Shown: piece by piece, positions 46,591-60,033 of the stretch
How the letters are laid out: each line of letters begins with the position of its first letter
Numbering within the stretch: position 1 is the first letter of the stretch
DNA from: Eledone cirrhosa
Lineage: Eukaryota
Direction of reading: 5' to 3'
Length of the DNA stretch: 64,000 bases
NCBI GenBank assembly: GCA_964016885.1
Contig: OZ024743.1
Coordinates: 268,026,001 to 268,090,000, forward strand
The notes under the pieces: generated by a model
What the model saw: only the letters and a program-made list of their open reading frames with translations
The model's database searches: none
Told to the model about the DNA's origin: nothing
Program-made: the position numbers and the translations under genes

Positions 46591-46624
46591 CTTCTGATGA
46601 AGGACGAGCGTCCGAAACGTTAAG
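46591..46624 (+). ncRNA. Minimal type-I hammerhead motif (PLE-associated type)
   Basis: CUU-CUGAUGA-A-GGAC-gagc-GUCC-GAAAC-GUU-AAG: 3-bp stem I, 4-bp stem II, loop-less palindromic stem III (AACGUU). Confidence 0.6.
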
Positions 46625-46709
46625 TCCCTCTTCCTGGTATTTCAAGCGCTAAACTGATATATTCATTCCATATACTGTACCGATTGTTTACCTTTTACAC
46701 GCACACACG

Positions 46710-46757
<48 letters not shown>

Positions 46758-46761
46758 CACT

Positions 46762-46803
<42 letters not shown>

Positions 46804-47367
46804 TATATATAGATATATTTGCATATATATATATTGAACTTTATTCACGTCATTTCCATTTTTATGATCGTTTGATCGTCTACGTCGTTATATTTCGACT
46901 TTGAAATACATTTGCACTTCAGATTAAGCTGAAGCACATCTACATTATTAGTTCTCCCAACAATGGCAACAGATAGATATATGAGCATATAATGTGAAAT
47001 AAATTTAAAACTACATTAACTGATTAAGTAAATTAGTTGATTTAGTACTGGGAACGTAATGCAGCCTGTTCTCCTTCAATATATTGTTAAAGATACCTTA
47101 GTATCGCTTATAATAGGACGCTTAGAATGTCGCCCATCATGATCAACGAAAGCCAGGGAGACTGAGAGAGAAAGTGTAGGGACATATAGCAGGGAGATTG
47201 AAAGGTAGAGAGGGGGGTTTAGATCTATATCTTGCTTGTATTCCACGCAGATTTTCTGTTTTATTGTCAACAGAAAAATTTCAACTGCATATAGAGTCAA
47301 TCGCGTACTCATATACAAATAAACACGCATGCATACTGCTACATATTCATTCGTATATATGTGTGTG

Positions 47368-47665
47368 CAGTGGTTGACTGGCCAGGTTGCCAGATTGCCC
47401 AATGACAAGTGCTCCCCAGGATGCACACGTAGCATTGCAGGAGCCCACAGTAGCATTGCAGTAACCACAATAGTATTTTAGGAGACAATGTTTGCTTTCA
47501 AAAATAACTGTCAGAGAAAGAATAGAAGTCTCATAGAAATAATAACACATTTTTAGAAGTAAATTTCCCAGGGAATTAATAGAACCCAAAATATATGATG
47601 TGCAAAGGACGGGAATCATTGGTGGTACATTCTACTAAATCTAAAGCATAGTGCATTCATCGATG
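47368..47665 (+). mobile_element. Left-end fragment of the TIR element seen at 51218-52802
   Basis: cagtggttgactggccaggttgccagattgccc..gtagcattgcag..cattctactaaatctaaagc aligns to 51218-51540. Confidence 0.75.
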
Positions 47666-47853
47666 CATGCAAACATAGATATATAGACACACACATACAC
47701 AAGCATATATATATATATAGCAACAGAGTCAGAACCCCGACGGCAGAGCTCAAGCCGTTTCGACAGCTATTCCTGGACTCAATCTGAGTCCCGAAATAGA
47801 TGTCGAAACGGCTTGAGTCTTTGGTCTCTCACACTCACTCAATATATATATAT

Positions 47854-48528
47854 ATAACAAATAAAGTTATTGGGACAAGTAAAATAGGGTGAAACTAGCC
47901 ACCTATTTTACTTGTCCCAATAAATTTATTTGTTATTGGTCACGCCAACTAGGTGTATATGATTTTTAAAGCGATGAAATACCAATGAAAGTTGGAAGAT
48001 CACTGATGAAGGACTAATTATATTCATATGTAACCCATTTGCAACCACGCAGCGATCCATTTTTCTCATATTTATATTTTTTCCTCAGCTGCGATTGTCT
48101 GTTTCTTTCTTACTCTCTCTCCTCTTTGTACCCCCTCTGCCAGTCACACACTCTCTCTCTCTCTCTCTGCTGGTCTATTCCACACACTTCCACTCACTCA
48201 CTCTCTGCTTCTCCCCCTCTCTCATTTCCTCCCGCTTGACCTGTGTGAAATTCTTTTCTCGCTCACATCTCACCCATGTCGGATGGTCTGTATCTCTCGC
48301 CCATGAATTCACCAACCTTAAGCTTACAGATTTCATGTACTTGTCTCTTCCTATCTTTCCGTTGCCATACCATCGTTGTTTGTTTACATGTCTCGCTCGT
48401 TTCACCCTATTTTACTTGTCCCAATAGGTTTTTGTTGTTGCTCGCGCCAACTAGAGGTATATGATTTTAAAGCAATGAAATACCAATGAAAGTTGGAAGA
48501 TCACTGATGAAGGACTAATTTTATTCAT
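47854..48528 (+). mobile_element. Second member of the permuted-hammerhead repeat family: short inverted 5' piece plus partial tandem (period 501 bp)
   Basis: Hairpin at 47854-47936; direct repeat 47903-48028 versus ~48407-48528. Homologous to the minus strand of the 16.6-kb units (tgtcccaa, taaagcgatgaaat, gttgga, tcactgatgaaggact, ttcatatgta.cccatttgcaac, cgcagc). Confidence 0.8.
48447..48516 (+). ncRNA. Candidate non-circularly permuted hammerhead-like ribozyme, divergent copy (second copy 47945-48015)
   Basis: CCAACU-aga-GGUAU-A-UGAUUUU-aaagcaau-GAAA-UACC-aaugaa-AGUUGG-AAGAUCA-CUGAUGA-AGGACU. Confidence 0.6.
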
Positions 48529-49947
48529 ATATATATATATATATAATTATCGCGCTACATAGCTGAATACAATAATTGTAATCTGAGTTTTTCGAATATC
48601 AATAATAATATGCGATACGTTTGCAATTATGCAAACAACCTCTTCTTTAAAGATATGCCAACACAATAGCAAGAATGAGGGGCTCATTCTACTGACATGG
48701 TTTCTACTCACATGACGTGGTGCAACAGAAATGAAACATGGATTACAGGTTAAAATATAGTCTAGATAGATGAGAAACAAAACGAGGATATAGTTTATGG
48801 AACGCCCAAATGATTTAGCAGTCAAGTTGAAGTACGATCAATAACATTAAGAAAGACATGAACGACATCACAACACTTTGTTTTGAAAATTTGAAAGTAG
48901 GTTTATAAGTATGAATTTTCATATAATTTTCGTAGCTTTCTTAGTGGCCAAGAGGTAGGTACTAGAGACGGTGGACATCCTGGTGTTCGGTTCAATCCTG
49001 GTGAAGAGGTAAATGCAATCATTTTTATTTTACAACCCTTATAAAAAAAAAACTAAAATAGTTTACGCGGAGCACCGCACTTCAGACCAGAATCACCAAC
49101 ATCTATGGTTTCTCCAGCTAGGCCGCCTAGACAGCTTCAAAAGTATAATGAAAATTAATAATTATAAACCTACTTTCTAAATCAAACTCAAAAATATGTA
49201 CTGTCGGTCATCACTTTCCTAGTGCGGCTATTAGTCATATTTAGGGTCGACTTGTCAATCTTCTTGCTCTTTGGTAACAACGTGTTTATTCCTACGTGCG
49301 TATAGCTGTTGAATTAATTTAACTTGCTTTAATTTAATTTTATTACTCTATCAAACAAATTGTATATTGAATTAAAAATATATATTGAGTTAAAAACTCA
49401 CAATTGTCCCTTGTAATTAAAATAGCTCAGGGAGAAAATGTATATATATTATATAGGCCTCAGCCGGATGGCTGGAACAGGTAAAAGAGTGAAAGTAATC
49501 CGCTAGGGTGAAGAAAATACAAACTAACGATAATACGGTTTGCTAGATCCAATTAAAAGGATAAATTAAGAATTGCAAATCGAATTATGATAACTATCAA
49601 CATCCAGACAGCTATTGGTAGAACTGTTTCGCAATTAAGTGGAGAGAGTTACAAATGCGATGCTCTTGAGTGGATATTCAGATTAGTAATCTCTTCGTTT
49701 CCAAATATCTTAGAAGACTAGATACTGCGCGTGTTTTAAGAGATAAAAACGCACATGGTAGTCTGTGCCTAGCGGGTCAAGTAGAATGTAGGTTACTAAA
49801 AATTAGCAGCCAGATTTACTCTACAAAATATAGGAGCGGAATTTATCAAAATTAAAAATTCACAATAACGATGTACGTCCCTTTTGATTTGAACGCATAT
49901 ATGTATATATCTGTGTTTGTCTCTCTTTATTATATTATATTATATAA

Positions 49948-50058
49948 GTTAAAATCCCGCCGAGGTTGACTTTGCCTTTCATCCTTACGGGGTCGATAAA
50001 ATAAAGTACCAGTAATGCACTGGGTAATGGCTGGCCTTGTGCCTAAAGTAGAAACAAT

Positions 50059-50062
<4 letters not shown>
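49948..50062 (+). mobile_element. tRNA-derived SINE 3' fragment
   Basis: Shared core cccgccgaggttgactttgcctttcatccttacggggtcgataaaataaagtacc. Confidence 0.85.
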
Positions 50063-50136
<74 letters not shown>

Positions 50137-50142
<6 letters not shown>

Positions 50143-51158
50143 TAGTGAGAATCGTATTTCGGCTTAGGAATTAACGAAAGACAACTTCCGAGATGTGTGG
50201 CAAGCGCTCAATGATTCAGATGAACCAGAGCTACAACATACGTTAAAGGCCAAAGACACTGAGACGATGGTTAAACAATCATCCGCAGAGCCATTACAAC
50301 GACCAAGTAATTCGGGTCAAACAAACAAAAATATATGATTGAAAATTTACCCGGACCCTTGGATGGTTGGTAAAATCCAGCATTTGGGTTTCTGCGACTC
50401 CTAAATCAAGTACTGTCCGCTTTCACAAATAATGTTAGGCTTCTGGTAAGATGATTGAACAAGGAAGCCACTTTTTCAACAGGTTTTAGTTCGAGTGTTA
50501 ATTTAAGGAATGACCGTTACCGACCCCACGTGGGGCTCGGCAAGGGAGGCAAGCCTTATTTTAGGCGGATGAATCAGTATGCGTATATTATTGCAAGAAT
50601 GTAAAACATCACAAAACGAATTAAGCTCTCAACAGAATGGTTATAAGTTAACATAAGCTATTCATCAGTCAATAGAATCAACTAAAATAATCAAGAAAAT
50701 TAACTGGTCAATAGCTAGACTCTGGAGATTAATACAAATATAAATTAGCGAGAATCGTATTTCGGCTTAGGAATTAACGAAAATCAACTTCCGAGATGTG
50801 TGGCAAGCGCTCTATGATTCAGATGAACCGGAGCTACAACATAAGTTAAAGGCCAAAGACACTGAGACGATGGTTAAACAATCATCCGCACAACCGTAAA
50901 AACGACCAAGTAATTCGGGTCAAACGAATAAAAATATTTGTGATTGAAAATTTACCCGGACACCTGGATGGTTTGTAAAATCCAGCATTTGGGTTTCTGC
51001 GACTCTTAAATCAAGTACTGTCCGCTTACACAAATAAGGTTAGGCTTCTGGTAAGATGATTGTACAAGGAAGCCACTTTTTCAACAGGTTTTAGTTCGAG
51101 TGCTAATTTAAGGAATGACCGTTACCGACCCCACGTGGGGCTCGGCAAAGGAGGCAAC

Positions 51159-51162
<4 letters not shown>
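50137..51162. repeat. Partial tandem duplication (~1.7 units, period ~603 bp) of a non-coding element, flanked by (TA)n
   Basis: attagtgagaatcgtatttcgg (50141) recurs as attagcgagaatcgtatttcgg (50744); the second unit ends at ggcaaccctt. Confidence 0.9.
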
Positions 51163-51217
<55 letters not shown>

Positions 51218-51220
<3 letters not shown>

Positions 51221-51569
51221 TGGCAGACTGGCCATATTGCCAGGTTGCCCATTGGCATGTGCGCCCCAGTATGCCCACGGTAGCATTGCAGGGCCCTACA
51301 GTAGCATTGCACATATACAACCCACTGAAGTGTTTTAGAGGCTAATGGTAATTTTTAAAAATACCTGAAGTCTAAGAGAAAGAATAACATTTTTTTAAAT
51401 ATAAATAAAAGAATTAATCAAAGCATTTGCTCAACCAATTCCCCAGAGAATTAACAGAAGCCAAAATGTATTGAAGATAGCTGGAATCGGTGGTTCATTC
51501 TACTAAATCTAAAGCTTAGTGAATTCATTCATGCATTCAAGCCTACATATAGAGACCCATACTCACACA

Positions 51570-51628
<59 letters not shown>

Positions 51629-51637
51629 CACACGCAC

Positions 51638-51731
<94 letters not shown>

Positions 51732-52139
51732 TGGTAAACGGAAAAGAAAATGCTGACAAATTGTTCACAGTGAAAAATAGTGCAATTAGGAATAAGTGAA
51801 AATTAGTAATAGTATTGGTTAGTATTGAGTTTTGGTTTTAAGTTTTGCCGGTTGCGCATTTCTAATGCTTTTCAAAAATAATTTAGAGATAGAGCGCCCG
51901 TGATGTTTGCTCTAATCAGATTAGAGCAAACATCACGGGCGCTCTATCTCATAATTGTTTTTGAAAAGCATTAGAAATGCACAACCGGCAAAACTTAAAA
52001 CCAAAACTGAATACTAACCAATACTATTACTAATTTCACTTATTACTCATTAAACTATTTTTCACTGTGAACAATTTGTCAGCATTCTCTTTTCCGTTTA
52101 CCAATATATCATAACTCGTGTGTTACACCGCTATTCTTT

Positions 52140-52220
<81 letters not shown>

Positions 52221-52802
52221 GTGAGGTTTTTTTACAAAATGAAAAAAAAACGAGGTGTCTTACACGAGTGAAAGTGTAAGGAAAAAAGATGAAATCGAAA
52301 ATGCAACTGGAGCCTTTTTTTTTTTAAGTATATATTTATTTGGTTCCTTTACCGGTTTCGCAGTTCTTCTCTTTTCAAAAGTAGAATTGACATGGAGGGT
52401 TTGTGGTTTTACTCACATCTCATATATATATATATATATATATATACTTACACATACACACGGACTACTTACCAAATAATGTTTTATACAAATGGGTTAT
52501 AGACATCTGTAAAATCAATTTGTGGTGATATATATATATATGGAGAGAGAGAGAGAGAGAGAGGGGGGTGGGGGTGGTGAAAGGTCATTATTGAAAGTCA
52601 GGATTTCGCAAAATACATAATATTTTTATTGCAGAATGTAAGATATTTTTCCGCAAAAGTTTGATTGCACTGTTTTGTTTCCCCTTATGTATTTTTTGAA
52701 AATGGTTTTTATTCAATATAAAAATTAAATGATGTCATTCTATATGTAGGTGGGCCCCCTTCACCTCCTGGCAACCAATATTTTTAGACCAGTCCGCCAC
52801 TG
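51218..52802. mobile_element. Non-autonomous TIR DNA transposon (hAT-like termini) with nested repeats
   Basis: Left TIR cagtggcagactgg at 51218 and right TIR ccagtccgccactg ending at 52802 (13/14 match). TA flanks both ends; no 8-bp TSD recognisable; no transposase. Confidence 0.65.
51725..52109. repeat. Large palindrome with ~190-bp arms and a 1-nt centre (51918)
   Basis: ...gatgtttgctctaatc-a-gattagagcaaacatc...; the arms carry scattered mismatches. A single-arm homologue lies at 62925-63170. Confidence 0.93.
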
Positions 52803-52974
52803 TATGAGTGTGAGTCTGTGCATGTAAAGGAGGAGGAGTGGAAGAGGCAGAGAATGAGTGTTAGACAGATAGATATATAGAAAGTTTAGTATCTAAGATG
52901 AACAAGTGTAAAGGGGGATGCACTTCCACTTATAATATATACACACACACACAAAGACAAACACACACACACAC

Positions 52975-53008
<34 letters not shown>

Positions 53009-53664
53009 GCGTAAGGGGTGTCTGTAAATGTTTGTGTTTAAGTGTACATTTTTCTAATTACATATATACGTGCGAGCATACACACACACACACACATACA
53101 TATATATAGATACCTACCAACCTACACACATATATATATATACATACCAGCATACGTACATACATACATACATACATACATACATACATACATACATACA
53201 TACATACATACATACATACATTATACGTGGATGTGTATATGTATGTTCATTCTGTGTCGATATGGGTATTGGTTTGTGTGAATGTGTGGGGATGGGACTG
53301 TTTAGGAAAAGGTTAGCTAGGACAATGTTGATGTAGTGAATACATCATATAATTAAAGACAATACAGATCATATAATTAGAGAGTGCAACATATACAGAC
53401 ACAAAGGGAGATAATAATATAACGAAAGCCACAAACAAAGAATGTAATTGACAAAACAATAAGAGATTCTGAATCAAAACAGCTATGTATGTGTGTGTTC
53501 ATGCCTTTGCTTGGATGTAGGAATGAGTCTGTATTTGTGTGTAGGATTATGTATATATATATACGTATATATGCACGCGTGTTTTGTTCATACATATATA
53601 TGGAGAGAAAGAGAAGTAATTAAGAACGAAAGAGAGATATGTCGGATGAGGATATTTCTATCTA

Positions 53665-53748
<84 letters not shown>

Positions 53749-54299
53749 TATAACGATGTATGCGCATGAAAGTGTGTGTATATATATATATATATACGTG
53801 TGTGTGTAAATGTGTTCATATATGTGAGTGTTTGTGCGTGAGTCTGTGTCGTTAAGGAGGCAGAAAGTGAAGCAAATATTTAGATAAAATGTGGTAAGGA
53901 ACAGAGTAAAATGTATTAAGTATAAAATATGCCCATCGGCAGATACTGACAGAGGTATGAATACAGCTGAATATAGAGAAATGAATAGAGGATGAGTGAA
54001 TGAGACAGCGTGTAATAGAGTAGGAGGGAGAGCGACGTAGCCAAGATAGAGAGCATTAGAGGTTTTTCAGAGAAAACAAACAACAGCCATTGAATCAGCT
54101 ATTCTAATGGAGTTAAATAGCAAGACATGATGACGTCCAATAGCTCTGGTCTATTTTATAAAGCAGTTACTATATACCGCACCATCATTTTAAACAACAA
54201 AAAACAACACAGTCCCATCTCAACATAATCTTCTCTCTAACATACATACATTTACACATGCATTCACAACCTTAAACACATATATACATATATACATAC

Positions 54300-54333
<34 letters not shown>

Positions 54334-54345
54334 CTGTGTGTGTGT

Positions 54346-54436
<91 letters not shown>

Positions 54437-54457
54437 TATATATATATACGTATATAC

Positions 54458-54490
<33 letters not shown>

Positions 54491-54694
54491 CACAAATCCT
54501 ACTGACTCTTATTTTTTCGATCACTATTCTCCATCACTCACCAAACAAATGTCTATCTCAATCTTTCTTTCTAATTTCCTCATGCTAATCTTTTCATACT
54601 ATCTCTCCCCATTCTCTCTATTGCAAAACAATCGAAGACATTGCGTATATGAAGACAAATAGAAAGAAATGTAAAGGGAGAGAGAGCGAGTGAG

Positions 54695-54774
<80 letters not shown>

Positions 54775-55422
54775 CTAAGTAGAAAAGTGTGTATGAAAGC
54801 GGGAGAGAGAATTAGAAAGAGCCTGACCACTTATATTATCTTGCTATAACTGGTCTCTAGTCTTTTATAACGATCATCCACTCATCCTCTCCTATCCGTC
54901 CCTGACAGCCTGTCTGACAGAAAAAAATCTCCTAACGGAAGGCAATGGACATTTTCTGCAGTGCCAAGTGCCAATATCTGAAAGCGTGTTTGGTAGAATT
55001 TCAATAGGGCGCAATAACAACGGGGAATACCCACATCCGCTTCACACCACGCCACAAACCTTCCCTTACACGTTCCTATTCATTCCGAGTATTTTTTATC
55101 TTCATTATTATTATTATTTTTATTATTATTGTTGTGTACTATTCTTTGCTATTCATTTCCAGTCTCATTTGTCGGTCTACTATTACTTCCACTGCAGCCA
55201 TACAACCCATATTTCTCGCCACATCTTCCAATCACTGTTATTTTGTCCCACGTTCCCCTAACCACCTCCTCAACAAAAACTGTGCCCGTAAATAAAAGAG
55301 TGATGATCGAGAAAGATTATGGCAGTAATAACAAGGACACACACACACTCATACACTCACACACACACTAACACACTCGCACTCCCTATCCATATATATA
55401 TTAATATATATATATATGTATC

Positions 55423-55491
<69 letters not shown>

Positions 55492-56149
55492 TCTATGTGT
55501 ATTCATGTTGGGAAACTGCACAAAGATATTTACTGTAGTATTACTATACGATTACCTTTGAACATATAGTGTTGTATTTACCACTCAATATAAACATATA
55601 CACACATATGTCTACTCATAGCATATTCAGTATTGGATAGGTGCGTAGAGATTTGGTTGCAAACCATGTAATCAATCAGTCTCCATATATATGCAGATCT
55701 TCGCAGTTATACTCTCATATACAATCAATACACAAACACTAGAAAGTATTTATATAATGTTGAAGTTAGTATATAGTATGTATATTATCCATTAAATCTA
55801 TTTATATCATTACTATATTCTCCTTACGCATTTGAACCTGCGCAATTTTCAGATGATAAACAATAACATTCTCTAAAATGCAACAAAATACGGCTTACAG
55901 TATTGAATGGTGAGTTTTATATTGTTTAAGCAATATCTACTGTTCTATCTTTCCTCGTCGACGCTTCGGGTCACTCCCATACTATCGTCATCGTAGCTTC
56001 CTTTACCAAACATCTACAGAATGCGAGCATAATTTTCTGATTTCTGTTTTTCTTTTGTCCAGAGAGTAAAGTAACGTCAGTGCCTGGCTACATTCTAGAT
56101 GACAGCCGCCCAGCCTCGGTTCACGATGGACCAATGACTTTTAGCTCAG

Positions 56150-57140
56150 TCAAGGAGATAAGCTGCAGAATGACGTATCGCTCTAAATTTTCATTGTCAT
56201 TATCGTTTTAGTGGTCCAATTATTTCTTCAGGTGCTTTAACTTATATTAACTGAAGAACCACTACTCAGAAAAGTTCTAAAGGAAGATCTTATAACAGAA
56301 CTTCTTGTTAAGAAAGCATACAACAAATCCTTTAGAGAGAAACAAGAACAGGCATTGAAAGAAAATTCTCTTCATGGCAAATTTCCAGCTGACATTAAAG
56401 ACATTACTAATCTTAAGGCATAGCTTTGGCTTTGGTCAGCTTGGGTTAAAAAGAACACCGAGGTTATTATTACTGCAGCACAGGACCAGGCACTCAGAAC
56501 CAAATGGATGAAATCTAAATTCGATGGATAATATTGTCCCTACTCTGAAGTGCATGCCATAAAGCAGTTATTGCTTGTGGATGTTAGCAATTAGCAAAAA
56601 CTTTATAAAATCCGACGTGAACTTATAGCAAAAATTTCCTTTGGGAGCTGTGAAAAAATACAACATAGAATCGCAATTTCAGTGCAACGAACATATTCAT
56701 CTTGAATCCTGCTAATCAGGAGAGTGAGTAAAGTTACTTTGGGGCAGTGAGATCAAGACCACAAACAATGTCCAACACAACCGCCTTCATATTGTTGTAA
56801 AGAGAAACAAACTCTAATTGATATTGCGATCCCTCAAGTCAACAATGTGACTGAAAAGAAGATGAAAAAGATTAAGTATGCAAACCTTTCAGGTGCTATT
56901 AGAATTGATCACCATGTACAACAGACGTCTTGCCAATCGCGAGGTCCATAAACGTCTTACCTCTTTCATAAAAAAAACTTTGGGATCCTCAATTTCATAA
57001 TCAGAGCTGAAATGTCTGCCATCACTAGCACCGGCTACATCCTACGCGATATATTCTGGAGATCGGGGAACTGATCTGAGGCCAGTTAACACGCTTTACC
57101 TAGCAACCGATTCCTAGATAAACTTTACAAAATGAAAACA
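56150..57140 (+). mobile_element. R4/Dong-clade LINE 3' relic
   Basis: LHGKF, LWLWSAWVKKNTEVIITAAQDQALRTKWMKSK, IKTT..VQHNR.HIVV, LIDIAIP..NV, KYANL, T.YILRDI. Confidence 0.8.
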
Positions 57141-57289
57141 AATTATGATTATAATGATTATTTTGTTTGTTCTTCTATAGACCCATATTCGACGTATTTT
57201 TTGAACATTCGATAATATTTAAATATAGTTAAACTAACCAGTATCCTCGTAAGATGGTAAGGTATTCTCTACCTCTAGCCATTAGTGCG

Positions 57290-57790
57290 AATTCCACGTT
57301 TACGTTCTATAGAGGACTAGTGTTGAGCTACTGGAAATTCTAGGCGTCGAAAACAACGAATTATCCAGTCTTTTCTGGAGGACTTTTGGTCCGGAATCCA
57401 TGGATAATGTACAGGTCTCAAAAGTGCAACCGGTTGGTACTGCCGGTTCGAGATAACCCCTACAAGTACGGAAGTGCTGTGAAACGAATCTGTCCAAGAT
57501 GCGCGCAAAAGGATGAAACCATGCTGTAAGCAATCATTCAATGTACGGGATTTGATGACATGTGTTGTTTGTTAAACAACTATTATCACGTGTAGGACGG
57601 ATCCGGCTATCAGCCGACTCCATCATGAAGACCATCATATTTTTGGCCAGGAAGGATAAGCAGTTTTCTTCTCTCCTGGGGCTGAGAAGATTGATGTTGT
57701 GTTGTAGATAGACAAGTTCCGTTTCGTGAAAATGTTCAAGTTGTAGTTGGAAATGAAGGTGTGGGTAAAGAGGTGGGATGTCCACCAATA
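57290..57790 (+). mobile_element. Tx1/L1-clade LINE ORF2 C-terminal fragment (zinc-finger region), followed by (GTA)n
   Basis: RTFGPESMDN, LPVRDNPYKYGSAVKRICPRCAQKDETML*AIIQC, KQLLSRVGRIRLSADSIMK; homologous to 12.5-13.2 kb. Confidence 0.8.
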
Positions 57791-57795
57791 CATTT

Positions 57796-57860
<65 letters not shown>

Positions 57861-58351
57861 CAATACCATTCTATACTGTTCTAGCGTATTTTCTTTTCAT
57901 TTAGGATTTTTTTTATGTTGTTGTCTGCTGTTTGCTGTGTTAGTTGTTGACCTTTATCTTGGTGTTGCTATAATTATTGTTGTTGTGCGTAATTTAGTGA
58001 CCTTACGGTGGCTGAATTTTTTTCTAACTTGTTATACACAAGAAGTTTTTTACGCCTGATTTCACTTTTGGCAATATTTGAGACAGCAGATTATTTTGCG
58101 TGTTAATCAATATAGAAGTGAAGCAAGAAAACAGCACATCATCATCACATTTGATTACTTTATCTCCCTCAATTTACTCTCTAATATACTGTCTCTAACT
58201 ATATATCTTTCCGTTGCTGACATTCCTTTTGTTTCTCATTATATTTATATCGCATTTTCTTTCCATATTGATATATATATGTCAATATGGAAAGAAAATG
58301 CGATATATATATATATGTATGTGTCTGTGTGTATATATATATGTATATAAG

Positions 58352-58497
<146 letters not shown>

Positions 58498-59389
58498 TAT
58501 ATATATATATATATAGAGAGAGAGGAAGTAACTATAAGGGTGTATCAATTCGGAACAGGCGCACAGTTATCTGTAGATATATAGACATTTACGTTACATA
58601 CAGTCATATTTACATACAGATGTGTTATTTTTCGATCGACGATTTCTATCATTGCTTGTAATGATCTAACATGTATATTTATGGTGAAATTCTGAATACG
58701 TAAACATAAGGTTTCATGTAACTAAAAACATGGATATTTTTCTAGAAATTTATACATAGTTTGATACTACCATTAAACTCTACATAATAGGCTGGACACA
58801 CAGCGGCCGGGGGGGGGGGGGGGCTAGATATAGTATTGTACCCCTGTGTACCCCTGAGTTAATTTCAAAATTTACAAGAAAATTGTTATAATCACTATAT
58901 CCAAACACTATTGGTTATCCATATCTCTCTGAGTATAAACATGTCTCTCTATTGACTGTTATAATTCCCGTATAAATAACTAGGTGAGGAATAATTATAA
59001 TGGGTTAGGGATCGTCAGAAAATTATGTTAGATAAGTTATCTCATGGCGAAATAAGTAATTCCGGTAAAATTGTTGATACGTGGGACGAGTTGTGGTATA
59101 CACGTAATTATTACATACATTTTCTGTTATTTCAGATACACGTTTCATATTGAGTGCCTCTTAAAGGTATTTCTGCAGCCTGCCCTAATTCAACACCCTT
59201 TTATTGACAACCTTTTGTATTGGTTAAGTTATTTTCCTTCAATTATAAAAGAATTCTAAAAGATTTCATAGAAAGAGTAATAAATGTAGAAAGCGGAGAA
59301 CGAATAAATATGTATAGAGGAGGAAAAGGAAAGTAAGAGTTATAATAAGGAATTTAGAAAAATACTGTTAAATATATTTATAGGGACGT

Positions 59390-59478
59390 GGATATATATA
59401 TATATATATATGTTTATATATATACATATATATATATACATATATATATATGTATATATATGTATATATATATACATG

Positions 59479-59566
<88 letters not shown>

Positions 59567-59699
59567 CCATCATACATGCATATATATGTATGAATATATA
59601 TCTATGGGTGTACATTTCTATATGAATATATATATATGTGTATATATATATATATACACCAACATACATGCATATATATGTATATATATATTTATATAA

Positions 59700-59771
<72 letters not shown>

Positions 59772-59831
59772 GTATATATATATATATATACATACATATA
59801 CATATATATGGATATACACACAAACACATAT

Positions 59832-59925
<94 letters not shown>

Positions 59926-59957
59926 ATATATATGTATGTATATATATATTTATATAA

Positions 59958-60032
<75 letters not shown>
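59390..60032. repeat. Degenerate (TA)n array with an internal duplication
   Basis: Directly visible; tatttatataaatacatacatacat recurs near 59690 and 59947. Confidence 0.92.
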
Positions 60033-60033
<1 letters not shown>

